NCBI GenBank assembly: GCA_950097015.1
Contig: CATNEN010000033.1
Location: 2,542,001 to 2,606,000 of the forward strand
Length of the DNA: 64,000 nt
Direction of reading: 5' to 3'
Source: Macrostomum hystrix
Taxonomy: Eukaryota > Animalia > Platyhelminthes
The translations under genes and the position numbers were made by a program. The notes beneath the pieces were generated by a model. That model saw only the letters and a list, made by a program, of their open reading frames with translations. It ran no database searches and was not told the DNA's origin. Positions 39,864 through 51,869 of this stretch are shown piece by piece (the stretch's first letter is position 1; each line of letters begins with the position of its first letter).

Positions 39864-41918
39864 ATGCTAAACTATCTCAGTCTGCGTTCAGCAACAGCAG
39901 CAGCAGTGCCTCGCATGTTGCGCAGTCTGTCTGCTGCATCTTCTACCTGCGGAGGTGCCACAGCCGCAACCAAAGTGCCGGTTGCTGCCGCCCCTGCTGC
40001 GAATCAGCTGCAGCAGCAGCAGCCGCCTCCGCTGACAGCTCCGCCCCCGGCCGCTGTCCAGTTCTATCGGCGTGTTCTGCCAGACAACTGCCTGGCCTTC
40101 GGCAGTCCCGAGGGCAAGCGAGTGTTTCGCGAGGCCCTCGAGGCCGGCTACATGGAGGGCTACTTCTCTTTGGCCTCGCAGTATCGAACTCAGGACGATC
40201 CGTCATTCTGCGGCCTGGCCACCCTAGTCATGTGCCTCAACAGCCTTGAGGTGGATCCAGGCAAGGTGTGGAAAGGACCCTGGAGATGGTTTCACGAGGA
40301 GATGTTGGACTGCTGCGTGCAGGTGAGCAGCAACTAAATGTCTAACATGTTTAATATGTCTAACCAAGACCACTAAAGTAAAGTATGCTTGAACAGGACG
40401 CGACACTCGTGTGTTGTGGAAAACATTTTAAATGTTATTTTCCCAGAAAATTAAGTCACAAATCTTGTATTACGAGAATTAGAATTATCTATTTTTTGTT
40501 TATTTCTTTTAATTTTTTCTATTCACATATTTGTAATGATAGCTTAAATTACATATATTGTATGGACCTAGCTAGCATACCTTAGAAACAGCAGTGCACA
40601 CTGGCTAATAAACTGTATTAATAAATAAGCCCCGAATCGTAACATAGAGCTATGCTAAGGTAAGAAAAATTCTGAAGGTCACAGCGAAAAAAAGTACCCT
40701 TCTACGTGCATCTGTTGAAAAGGCAAATCATTTCGAAAGGTGGCCTTCAAAAAATATCCATAGATTTCGAGTGTAGGGGTTCTTTAGCACTGTTCACATA
40801 TCCACCAGGTGTGCAATAAGAGCTGTCTGAGTCTCCAACTGCAATTTCACTCGCCTGTGCAGGTAGACCGGGTGCGCCAGCACGGCCTGACCCTGGCCGA
40901 GTTCGCCTGCCTAGCCGGCTGCAATTCGCTGCAGGTGCGCCGTCTCGTTCAGCCGGCTGGCGACGCCGACCCGGACACGGACGCCGCCGGCTTCGCCGAC
41001 TTCGAATCTGTTGTTCGCGACTGCTGCCGCACTGACGGCTGTATCCTGGTGGCCAGCTACAGCCGGCGCGCCCTCGGACAGACCGGAGACGGCCACTTCG
41101 CTCCCATTGGCGGCTACCATCCGGACAGGCAGCTTGTACTTTTATTCGACACGGCCAGATTCAAGTACCCGCCACATTGGGTGTCCCTCAGGCAATTGTG
41201 GGATGCTTTGAAACTGCCGGATTCCGTCACTGGCCGGCCGCGCGGCTACTGCGTGCTGGCCAAAGCGCGCGGCCTCACCGCCTTCCGCGTTTCGCAGCGG
41301 TTCGCCACTGGCGTACGCGAGCCCAACTCGCCGCTGCTGCGACTGGCGCGCGACTTCGAGGATTGGCTGGTCGGCCACGAAATTCTCACGGCGTCGACCA
41401 ATCGGAGCGCGGAGGCTGGGATGGCTGAAAGCACATCAACAAATCGCGGCGGCGCATTGTTGGACAGCGACGTGGGGGCGTTCCTCTCCATGGCAGCCGG
41501 TCAGCTCGGTCGTCTGTGCGGCCATCACCGGCTAGGTGAGGCGGTGCTCTCAAGACACCGTCAAAATTCAGCTGACGTTGGCGCCGATGCCGTCCTGTCG
41601 GCGCTTCGCTTGCTGCCGGTCCATGCGCCAGTTGGCGCCGCTTTCAACGCCGGTCGTCTGCAAGCCTCCGGCGATGCCATTGCGAGTATCGGCGACGACG
41701 AAGACTCAATCGCTCTCCTGACACTGCTGGCCTGGCCTCTGCAGCTCTGCTGCTCCGGCCCTTCGAGTCCTGCGACGCCGACGCGCGGCGCCCTGCTGTC
41801 TGTGGCGCGCGACCAGCTGATGCGCGGCGCCCCCGACTGCCTGTCAGCCGAGGTGCAGTTGTTGCGCAATCAGCTAGCCACAATCTTCGATATTGCGCCA
41901 GTGCGGGCGTCTGCGTAA
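39864..41918 (+). CDS. PCS: Phytochelatin synthase (glutathione gamma-glutamylcysteinyltransferase)
   Basis: Exons 39864-40322 and 40863-41918. Motifs [15 protein letters not shown] (catalytic Cys), [36 protein letters not shown] (His), [13 protein letters not shown] (Asp). Confidence 0.96.
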
Positions 41919-42244
41919 AGCTTTTTTTGAGCCGTTTGACCTACTTGAAATGTTCTGGGGCAGCATTTGGTTGGGGCAGCATGGCTACCAGGAAATTGTT
42001 TCTGATTTGTACTTGATAATTTGGTGTTTATCTTGTGAAATCCCAACGCAACAGCGGCAATTGATACTCCTATCTTGCAGGGTTAGAGAGCCTGCGAGTC
42101 GATTGGATTGCATTTTTGTGTTCTTATTTACTTCCAGCTTGTTATCGTCATTTTTCCAGTTTTGCGCTGCTCGGGTTTTTAGATTTTGTTTCCAGTCAGT
42201 TATCCAGTTGTCCAGAAATTCGATTTCACATCGATTGATCTGAC

Positions 42245-42760
42245 AGTTTCCCGGGCGGTTTCTCGAGTATTTTCTGTAGTTTCCTGAAAATTATCTTGAG
42301 CAGATTCCTGGGCGGTATCTCGAGTGTTTTCTGTAGCTTCCTGCAAATTATCTTGAGCAGATTCCTGGGCGGTTTATCTGCAAATTATCTTGAGCAGATT
42401 CCTGGGCGGTTTCTCGAGTGTTTTTCTGTAGCTTCCTGCAAATTGAGCAGATTCCCGGTCGGTTTCTCGAGTGTTTTCTGTAGTTTCCTGAAAATTATCT
42501 TGAGCAGATTCCTGGGCGGTATCTCGAGTGTTTTCTGTAGCTTCCTGCAAATTATCTTGAGCAGATTCCTGGGCGGTTTCTCGAGTGTTTTTCTGTAGTT
42601 TCCTGAAAATTATCTTGAGCAGATTCCTGGGCGGTTTCTCGAGTGTTTTTCTGTAGCTTCCTGCAAATTATCTTGAGCAGATTCCCGGTCGGTTTCTCGA
42701 GTGTTTTTCTGTAGTTTCCTACAAATTATCTTGAGCAGATTCCTGGGCGGTTTCTCAGTA
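42245..42760. repeat. Minisatellite, ~56-bp unit (aaattatcttgagcagattcctgggcggtttctcgagtg...)
   Basis: Directly visible. Confidence 0.92.
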
Positions 42761-43272
42761 TGTATCAACATATGAAAACATTAATTTAATCGATTCCAAA
42801 ATTTACCTTTGCGTATTGTGCGTAATAATGTATGAATTACCTCGTTTCCCACGTTTGTAGTATATTCTTGTTACTCCTGTTGACAAATAATGATTAATTC
42901 TTAAAATGATTGTTTTCTATTTAACTTCTTTTTTACTTAATTTGTAATTAGTAATGTACAGTGTTCTTGCCTTGCAGCGATTGCGCATAGAGAAACTACG
43001 ATCAAGACCTATTTTACATATGCTTCATTTGTTACCAATTAATGTTTTTTTTCAACGGTTTTCACCGACGTGATAGTAGATGCTGGAGAAACGTGCACAA
43101 ATGTGAATGGAGACTGTATTTATGACCTTCATCTGTAATCGAATTGCGATGCCTTGCTTGGATGTCTTGGATTTGTTACTTCTATGGTGTTCGTGCAAGA
43201 ATTCCTGGAATCTCCACTGTTTTAATGACCCATGACTTTTTCCCTGGTCCATTTACCTCGTTCAATGAAGAA

Positions 43273-43635
43273 GACCATTAATAGTAATAATAAAATAATA
43301 ACAATAATACTTGCAGGAGGGCTGCGGGCAATGGCGCATTATTTGCTGACTCTAGACCCTCAGACAGCGAGGAGGCAATTCTGCCCATTTCGCTGACTCC
43401 TGAGCACACACAGATACCGTACGCAGGCACACGCTCTCACAGGTGTGTACACCTGCCCTGATTCTCATCGTCAGGAAGTGTTCACTCTCACTTGGAGGTG
43501 TAACCAGCAGACACACCTCAAATAGCACGACAAGCCCCCAAGCCTTCTCTCCGTGGCTGCGCCCCAAATAAATGTGGCCTCGCCGCGGAATCGAGTGCCT
43601 GAGGCAAGCGCATTATACCGCTCTGCCACTCAGCC
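43273..43635 (-). mobile_element. tRNA-derived SINE, same family as 62265-62599
   Basis: Reverse-complement similarity to 62265-62599 along its whole length; (taa)n tail at the left end. Confidence 0.85.
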
Positions 43636-43734
43636 CAGACCCATTCCTAACTTAGATCTTAGGACACCAGCATTAGCTGCTCACCCCAGACCCATTCCTA
43701 ACTTAGATCTTAGGACACCAGCATTAGCTGAGCT

Positions 43735-43953
43735 AGGAAATCTTATGGGCGTGGCAGGTGCATTCGGCAGCAGTCGACGCCACATCAATTACCGCAGCGG
43801 ATGCTGATACCTATTTAACTGCTTCGTGAACTGAGGCAATCTAGAGTTAAGTGTCTTGCAAACGGACGCAAACTGTTCCAGTGGAGTCGGGAATCGAACC
43901 CACGACCTTCACGTCGTAAGTCCGATGCTTTAAGCACTAGGCTACAACCCACA
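43735..43953 (-). mobile_element. tRNA-headed SINE with CORE-like domain
   Basis: Minus strand: gggttgtagcctagtgcttaaagc...gtgggttcgattccc (A and B boxes, broken anticodon stem), then gcaagacacttaactctagattgcctcagttc, which resembles the MIR/CORE consensus as I recall it. Confidence 0.65.
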
Positions 43954-44282
43954 GTACATGGACCGAACAGCTGTACACAGCCTTTAGATGCGCGGCGTCA
44001 CAGCTGAAACTGTGCCGCTGGCTGTACATGGCCCCACTGTGTCCCATGCAGTGCTCAGTCAGTTTCGTACCTAAGTTGCTGCATCTTAACTTCCAGATAC
44101 AGACCCTGCGCTCCGCCAACGCAGTTGTGGTATCTATCTTCTATGTATCGAAACTTGCTCTTTAAAGAAAGTGTTTTGAAGAAAAGCACATTTTTTCCGT
44201 CATGACTTTCTTTTTCCTTCGACAAACAAAATAAAGATTTTTCTCTCAGCAATAATTGTTAGCCAGAGTTGCTGATCATGGT

Positions 44283-46853
44283 CTACAAGTTCCAGGCCTC
44301 TGCAGCAGCAGCAGCAAGGCCACTGCTGGGCCCCGTGCACTGGTTCTCCTTCCACCAGCCTCCCAGGTGAATGCCGTAATAGACTTTGTGCGACTCCACG
44401 CACGCCATGAGGTTGGAGGGGTTGAGGCAGGAGCGCCAGTTGTCAGACGAGTTGGCGCAGTCGCTGTCCTCATTCACCGGGGTGCCGGTGCAGACCCGGT
44501 AGCCATTGCTGCCCGGCTGCATGTCGGCTGTCCTGGGGAAGAACACTTCCGTGCCGTGGTGATAGGGGAAGCCCAGGTGGCCAGAGCAGCTGAATGCCGT
44601 TGCCAGGCGACTGGTGCCCGACAGCATCACAGGCGAGCAGATTGGCAGGTGCACGACAAGGTCCTTTGAATGAGCAGCAGGAGTTACCATCTTGCCTTGT
44701 TGAATTATGAGATTTAAAATATACAATGCTGAAAAAATGAATAGACTTATGCAGGCGTCGAACCCTAAACTATACATCCTCACGACGAAAATCGTTTAAA
44801 CGGAATCTTGGGTGATGGTCACACATCTGAGGAAGCCGTACCGTGAGAAGTGATCATCTTAGGAGGAGTTTGTGAGTCGGAGAACGCTTTTTGATTTTCT
44901 CGCTGTTGGATTTTCTCAAAATTCGAAGGTCGTTTTATAGAAACTTTTGACTCGAAGCGGTTCAGGGTGGTTGAAAAAGAAACGACTGAAAATGACTCCA
45001 TGCACATGGGCAACACCAATGGGTTACATAGTCGTTAAAGAAGCGTTGTTGGGTTTTGAATCCTGGCTATTCAAAGCTATGGAGGCACTTCGAGTCGCAA
45101 CAGTCGCTTGAACCTTGCAAGAGCTCATCACAAGAGCTCATCACAAGAGCTCATCACAAGAGCTCATCACAAGAGCTCATCACAAGAGCTCATCACAAGA
45201 GCTCATCACAAGAGCTCATCACAAGAGCTCATCACAAGAGCTCATCACAAGAGCTCATCACAAGAGCTCATCACAAGAGCTCATCACAAGAGCTCTTGTA
45301 ACTCTTTCTCTCGACGTTGCGAGAAATCTATGGAGACAATTTCATTTTTAAAGTTCGCTAGAGAGATCTCGAGGCACCAATAACTAAGTCAGCTTTCAGC
45401 CTTTAATCCCGCAGTTCACAATGTCCTCACATTTCCGTGCACCACCCGCCAGCTATTGGGCACCAGCCGGTCGAACGCCCTGGCGAAGAAATAATCTCCA
45501 ACTCGCGGCTCGCCGAATGAATAGAAGGCCAGCCGGCCCGGCGCCACCGAGTCGAAGACGGCCAGGTTGGCTGCAGCCAGGGTCGCCATGGCGCCGCCCA
45601 GCGAGTGCCCAGTGACCAGCAGGCTGTGGTCCGGGTTGGCCCTCATCAGGCCCAGCGTGGCCTCTTGTAGCTGCGGCCACAGGGCGTCGAAGCCGTTGCT
45701 GAAGTAAGCTTGCACTTTGCCGCCGATTGGCGAAGTCTGCTTCGGCATGGCCATGCTCATCAGGCCCTCCACCATCAGCTGGCTGCTGCCCGTGGTGCCC
45801 CGGAAGGCCAGCACGATCAACTTTCGGTCAGGAAGACGGCCTATATTTAATTGTGATGTTTTGAAATAGATTACTGCTCACCGACTCATCCTGAGCTGCA
45901 CAGCACCCACACATGCTCACCGACACATCCTGAGCAGCACAGCACCCACACATGCTCACCGACACATCCTGAGCAGTACAGCACCCACACATGCTCACCG
46001 ACACATGCTGAGCAGCACAGCACCCAAACATGCTCACCGACACATCCTGAGCAGCACAGCACCCACACATGCTCACCGACAAATCCAGAGCACTCGTCAT
46101 GCAGCATGTCGCAGGGAGCCGCAGCTTTGACCACGTTGACCAGGCGAGCCCCGCCAACATGAGCAGCAGGCGGGTAGTTGGCCAGGCAGGGCCCCGGCTC
46201 TGGCGCATAGGCGGCACCGGAGATGATGGCGGCGAGCTCGCTCAGTCGGGCGTCGAACTGGTAGTTGCCGTTGTCCGGCTCCTGGCACTTGCCCGGATCC
46301 ACGATCTCCTGCATTGGCAGCGAGGCGTGTGCGTTGTGGAAAATTAAGATTCGCCAGTGTACAGTGTAGCCAAAGCTGCCAATTTCGAATCGGTAAGCCT
46401 TCATTGAGTTCGTTTATCATAATCTAAGTAAAAAAACGCAACTCAAAGAGCGTTCTGACCATGAAAAACGGTTCTTAAATATTACTCGAAAAGCACTCAA
46501 TTGAGCAAGAGGAGAACCGGCCTGAGTACTGGGTCACCACTTCAGTTCAGTGTCTCTGAACTGCACCAACAGTGCAACACCCGTTTCTCTGAACTGGCGC
46601 AATTACCGTTAAACACCCAAGCCCCTGAAACACGCACCTGAGACGCGGAGCACTTGTTAACCAAGGAACCTGGCTCGTGACAGGCCCTGTCAATGGGGCA
46701 CCACCTGCAGGAGGTGCCTAGCCAGGATAATTTGGTGGCGCAGGTGCCGCAGTCCGCGTGGTTCGAGCAGCTCTCGCGCCTGTCGCTCGCCTCCAGCGCC
46801 GACGCTAGCAGCAGCGCCGGCAGGAGTGACAGGACTGCAGGCCTGAGCAGCAT
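44283..46853 (-). CDS. Secreted class-3 (Lipase_3) lipase with N-terminal Cys-rich PSI-like module
   Basis: Exons 46853-46638, 46308-46077, 45840-45431, 44663-44283 with matching phases. Signal peptide; C..C..C..C.WC...C module; AFRGT, VTGHSLGGA (Ser), FGEPRVG, D-LVVHLP (Asp), H-KVYYG (His). Confidence 0.93.
45120..45297. repeat. 13-bp tandem repeat aagagctcatcac, lipase intron 3
   Basis: Directly visible. Confidence 0.95.
45875..46090. repeat. 39-bp tandem repeat containing the lipase exon-2 donor site
   Basis: Six copies of gctcaccgac (minus strand gtcg|gtgagc) at 39-nt spacing. Confidence 0.92.
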
Positions 46854-47687
46854 TTTGGCAGGACTCCAATGGGTTTCTGGATCTATTGCAGCAATGAAAA
46901 GTGCACTAGACGTATTTTTTACTCAGTTTTGGTAGATAAGAAACATGCCCTTACAAAAGACTTTTTATGCTAACACAATGGGCCAGCAGGGCCGCATCTG
47001 CTTGGACTCTCATGGACTGCAGGTGAATTGTTCTTATACGCATGTAGGAGTTGTGAGCAGAGGTTTGCTGTAATTGCACAAGACCAAAAACACCGATATT
47101 CCCCATGCATTTCGCTACCATGGCCTGCACGCGCGTATTGCATGCACCTTGCGCTTATAGTTTATCAACTACTGAATTACACAATAGTAGTACGTAAAAA
47201 AGCGGTTTCAAAACAAATTGCGCGCTTAGCAAGCAAGCAAGTTTCTTTAATTCAAGGTATAAAAAACGATTTATTCGAGCACTGAACTTGGATGATGAAA
47301 TTCGGCTTATGAAGCTGCCGAGTAGGTTTGCATGGCAAGTGCACATTTCAGGCTCCTAATCTATCAGAGCAGTGTTTCAACCCTTGAACGATGAAGCTCA
47401 CGTTGAAGCTCCGATCCAGTTGAGCCAATAGAGACCTCAAGATGATAAGGTCTGTATTGGTACTCTGTTAAATAAATATATAATCTATTTTCTCGCATTA
47501 GATTGTCTGAATAGTCATGCACAATATATTCACGTATTTAAGTGCAGCTGTGGTAATCACAGTAACGCGTATATTCTTGCTTTGAATTAATGATAGCCAC
47601 TACGGATTCAGAAAGCCCATTGCAAGCTCAACTGTATGTGGGCCCTCACGAGAAGCTTAAGATATCAGAAGGCTACAAGGCACCTTG

Positions 47688-48987
47688 TCACCAGAAGCGG
47701 CCTCTATTTCCAAGATGAGCCGTCAGAGCCCGCTTGGGACAGACATCTGGGTCCGTGACGCGTGGATGCAACAGCACAATGCCCCGCTGCTTGGCCACTT
47801 CAGTGGCAGTTTCCAGGCAAAGACTGGATTTGAACTTGCGGTCAAAGATGTCCAGGTAGGCCAATCCCTCCGCCAGGCACACGTAGTTAAGCAGCGCTTC
47901 GTCGGTGATGCGTGGCACTCCGAACAGGTTGAGGTGTCTCAACTGAGGACAGATGGTGCGAATGTATTCAAGACTGCGGTCGGTGAGGTTGTGACAGCAG
48001 GTGAGGTTCAGCGTTTCAAGCTGCGTGAGGCCTTGGAGCAGGCTGAGCAGGTTTGAATCTGTCATGAGATAGCCATGCCGACGCAGATTGAGTACTCGTA
48101 ACAGCGGGCAGCGGGAGCGCACGATAGCCAGCGATTTCGGTGTCAGGTAGCAGCCCTCCAGGTCCAGGATTTCGAGTGACGCAGGCAGGATGCAACTCAG
48201 GGTTACATTGTTGAGCGCCTTCTGCCTGCGAAGCCGACTAATTAACTGGCTGGAGTAGGGAGTGGCCGCGTCACTTGTTTGAGAAGGCAACAATAATTTT
48301 CGGGAGATTTTCCCAAAACCTTTATTACTTCTGTATGTTTTATTATTAATAAAATCACTCACCTGGTTAAATAATCATCTACGAATTCCGAAAAATCGTA
48401 CTGCTTGATGTTTTTTGTTGCTTTATCCAGGCAGATCTCCGTGAGCTTTTTCACTTTGCAATTTTCATGGTATGGATTCTGAAAGCAGTAGGAAATAGTG
48501 GCAAAAAAAACGCACTTATTGGAATAAAATCTGATATGAATAGAAAGATTATGAGGATGGTTCCTGTTTTTGCATGAACCAAGCATGATTAGCAAAAATA
48601 TTAATTCGTGCAATGTCTTTTTTCAAGGAAAGTTTATTTTGCAGACTTTAAGCACTAAATGCACTAAAAGCAATTTCTTACTTCTTCCAGTTGTCTTCCA
48701 TACGTAGCCCTTACAAGCTGGCGGCTTTTGCCATTCGAAAATTCTTCTTTTGTCTCAAATCTTTTAACGCCGCGATAGGATATATCCTCTGATAAAACAG
48801 ATATTAAGAAATCTTGTTTGTAACCTGTCAGCAAGCTGCATTCCAGAAGCTCTTGAAGATCCACGAATGCACCACCAATAATTGTGAGTCCTTCCCGGGC
48901 GGCGCCATATCGCAGAAGATAAGCAAGTGTCTTCCCCACCCTCTTTCTTACCTGCGGGTCTGACTTTGCAAAAACCTTACTTTTCAT
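47688..48987 (-). CDS. Tpt1/KptA N-terminal (RNA-lobe)-like domain fused to a BC-box-like motif and Cys-containing LRRs, ~354 aa
   Basis: Exons 48987-48682, 48478-48363, 48330-47688 with canonical GT-AG borders and matching phases (0, 2). N-terminus KTLAYLLRYGA..GL...FVDL.ELL...KRF...VRATYG; KLTEICLDKA; LRRs LEILDLEGC, LRVLNL, LETLNLTCC.NLTD, LRHLNL.GVPRITD. Confidence 0.8.
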
Positions 48988-49523
48988 GTCCTGAGAATGA
49001 AATACGATTCACCTAATGAATAATATTATTAAATGGAAGGCCTTCACTAAAAAAATTATATATAAATATATACAAACTGACGTAAAGCTCTACAGCGAAT
49101 GCTTCTAAATGAGAAAATCACGAAAAGTAGATTGTAATTGTGTAACGTGACAAAAAAGTATTGCACAAACGAAACCACATTTGTGTCAAATGAAAAACAA
49201 TTTAAAATATTAATTAAATATTGTGCAAATTATACTTTTCTAAAGTAAATTTTAATTATATTTTTCTGCTAAAGTTTAATCCGACGCATTTTTAGCATAT
49301 AAACAAGCAAGCAAGCAACCATTTCATTTTTAGTATATTAGATTCAGAGAATGTGTTATATAATAATTGATTTCTTACATAACCCGTATAAAAGCGTAAT
49401 AATTAAGACACACGGGTATATTTTGTCCAGCAAACAAATAGGCGTTTATTATTATATTTTTATATTTTGATTCTTAATTACTGCATCAAGAAAGGAAAAG
49501 TAAAGTAGCTGGCAAGCTAAAGT

Positions 49524-51869
49524 ATGCAACTACTACGAGCACTATCAATTCTACTGATTGTTGCTTGCATTAATGCTCAGTCTGGGCTAAAGGAACAGAA
49601 GCTTCAAAAACCAAAGCTTGCCTCATTTGCAATGCCTACACTGAGAGTCCTTTACTGGTGAGTTGCATTAGCTAGCTATAATATTTTATTTTATATTTTT
49701 TATACTAACTGTAAAAAAAGAAATTTTCTAGCAATTAGGCACCTGTTCAAAGTTTTATAGATCTAATGTTAATGAGTAGGCCTAATGTAGCTTTCTTAAG
49801 AAAGTTAGACCTTGCCTAGGCCTAGCTAACCTAGGTAACAGTCCACTTTTGTAGGCCTAACAGCTAATTCAGTATGACCACTTTGGTAACAAATTATCTG
49901 AGTTTGTCTGATCTATTATCTAGTTATATGTGGCCTTAAGTGTCAAAAAGCTAAGCTTTGAAGTGTTCTAATGTTTTCATTTGAAGAACAGACTGTTTAT
50001 GTCAGGAACATCACAATTGATTTTACGCTAAGAGGCTGGCATGTCAGTACTCCTCCAGCACTGACAGGTCAAACTGCATTTGCAGTACTTGTAGCCTATT
50101 GGGCTGGCTCATTGGTACTGACAATTGATTTTTAAAAAATTGCAATGATTTACTTTGTTTTGTATAATTGTTTTTCCTTTTGAAATTGCATGTCCTCATC
50201 ATGGAATATTGGAAAACAATGAAATGAACAAATAACAACCAACAGCAATGAGTGAAAATGGTCATTTGGTCAGTCATTCAGAAAAAATCACAGTGGGTAG
50301 TAATGAGCCACAATGAACTTTCAAAGTATAGAAATATTAGCAGTTAGGAGAATCAAGATACACTTCTATATTTTCCCCTAGGGGCCTAGTCATCCCTAGC
50401 CCCAGCATGCAAAGCCAGCATATATCTATGGCATTTAATCCCCCAAATCCATATCAGCACATAAAACCTTGCAAAGCTACATCAGCATATGTCTGTGACC
50501 TTTGCCATGTCATATTTATACATCACTGTGGTCCTGTGAGTTTAAATGAGTTTTAAAAATAATTACATGAAACAAAATAAAATATTGCCATGTTAACTTG
50601 TTTGCTGGCTAGTCCCATAGGCATAGATTGAGATAATGGTGCCAGTCTTTTACTCTAGCTCTAAGTCATCTGTATTGAATTGGTGTTGAATTTCTCTGTT
50701 GATTGCCATTCTAGCCTCTATTCATCCTCTGATGATTCAATGTCCACTTTCCTAATCTTTCTGGGCCAGTTTTCTTTGTGTTTGAGTTCTGCTCTTACTT
50801 TTACTGCACTGGCAGCCTGGCTTCCCTTAGCCTTATCTTTGGCTTATTTTATACTGAGCTGGCTTCCCTTAGCCTTATCTTTGGCTTATTTTATACTGAG
50901 CTGGCTTCCCTTAGCCTTATCTTTGGCTTATTTTATACTGAGCTGGCTTCCCTTAGCCTTATCTTTGGCTTATTTTATACTGAGCTGGCTTCCCTTAGCC
51001 TTATCTTTGGCTTATTTTATACTGAGCTGGCTTCCCTTAGCCTTATCTTTGGCTTATTTTATACTGAGCTGGCTTCCCTTAGCCTTATCTTTGGCTTATT
51101 TTATACTGAGCTGGCTTCCCTTGACTAAATCTTCTTTCACTGAATTAAGAACAACAGTCAAATTGTCATATTGAACAATCATGATGTTTCCAACTAGTTG
51201 CCCATTATGGGATTACAGTGCCCATTTGCATTTTCAGTTTATTCGAATTTTTCCTAAATTAAATTGGATGACTAGTCTATACAAGTAGATTATCCACAAG
51301 CCGCACTAATCACTAAATTTATCCTCATTCTCCCCTTAGCTACTCCTGAGGCTACCGCCGGGTGTTTGAGGAATTTGCTCACATCCTGTCGCAGAAGTTT
51401 CCCACTCTGCGCATCGAAGGTGACAATTATCCTCCACCCGCATGGCGGCAGCAGCTTTGCAGCGCTCTATCCTTCCTGAAGTTCGCTATCATCATAGCCA
51501 TCCTATCCGGCCTGGATCCCTTCCCCTACCTGGGCTTGGCCACGCCGCAGGTGTTCAGCCTGGCACAGGAGAACAAGCTCTACGCCTGCATGATGCTGTT
51601 CTTCATTGGCAACGCCATCGAGGGCCAGCTTATTTCCACCGGCGCCTTCGAAGTGTCCTACAATGGTTTGGCTAATAACCTAATACCTAGATTACTTTCA
51701 TTGTCATAGTTACTCTGGTGTTTAATTACTGCTTGAACTGAAATTCCATTCCGCAGACATGGTCATTTGGTCCAAGCTGGAGAATGGCCGGGTTCCATCA
51801 CCAAGCGAGCTGATTAACATCATCGACAGTCAGCTATCAATGAGCTCATCGTCCATTCCCAGCGCTTAA
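49524..51869 (+). CDS. SELENOT: Selenoprotein T (CxxU; Sec TGA at 51347-51349)
   Basis: Exons 49524-49657, 51340-51665, 51757-51869. Signal peptide; LYC|YSUGYRRVFEEF, IEGDNYPPP, ENKLYACMMLFF.GN.IE.QL.STGAFEV, IWSKLE.GR.P. Confidence 0.96.
50812..51122. repeat. 42-bp tandem repeat, 7+ copies, SELENOT intron 1
   Basis: Unit gagctggcttcccttagccttatctttggcttattttatact. Confidence 0.95.

Noticed and set aside
43880-43953. tRNA-Val(TAC)-like sequence on the minus strand
   Set aside because: Anticodon and D stems do not pair, and it continues into a SINE body; treated as a SINE head.
50680-51174. Hydrophobic WLPLALSLAYFILS repeat ORF
   Set aside because: 42-bp repeat inside SELENOT intron 1; no evidence for a nested gene.
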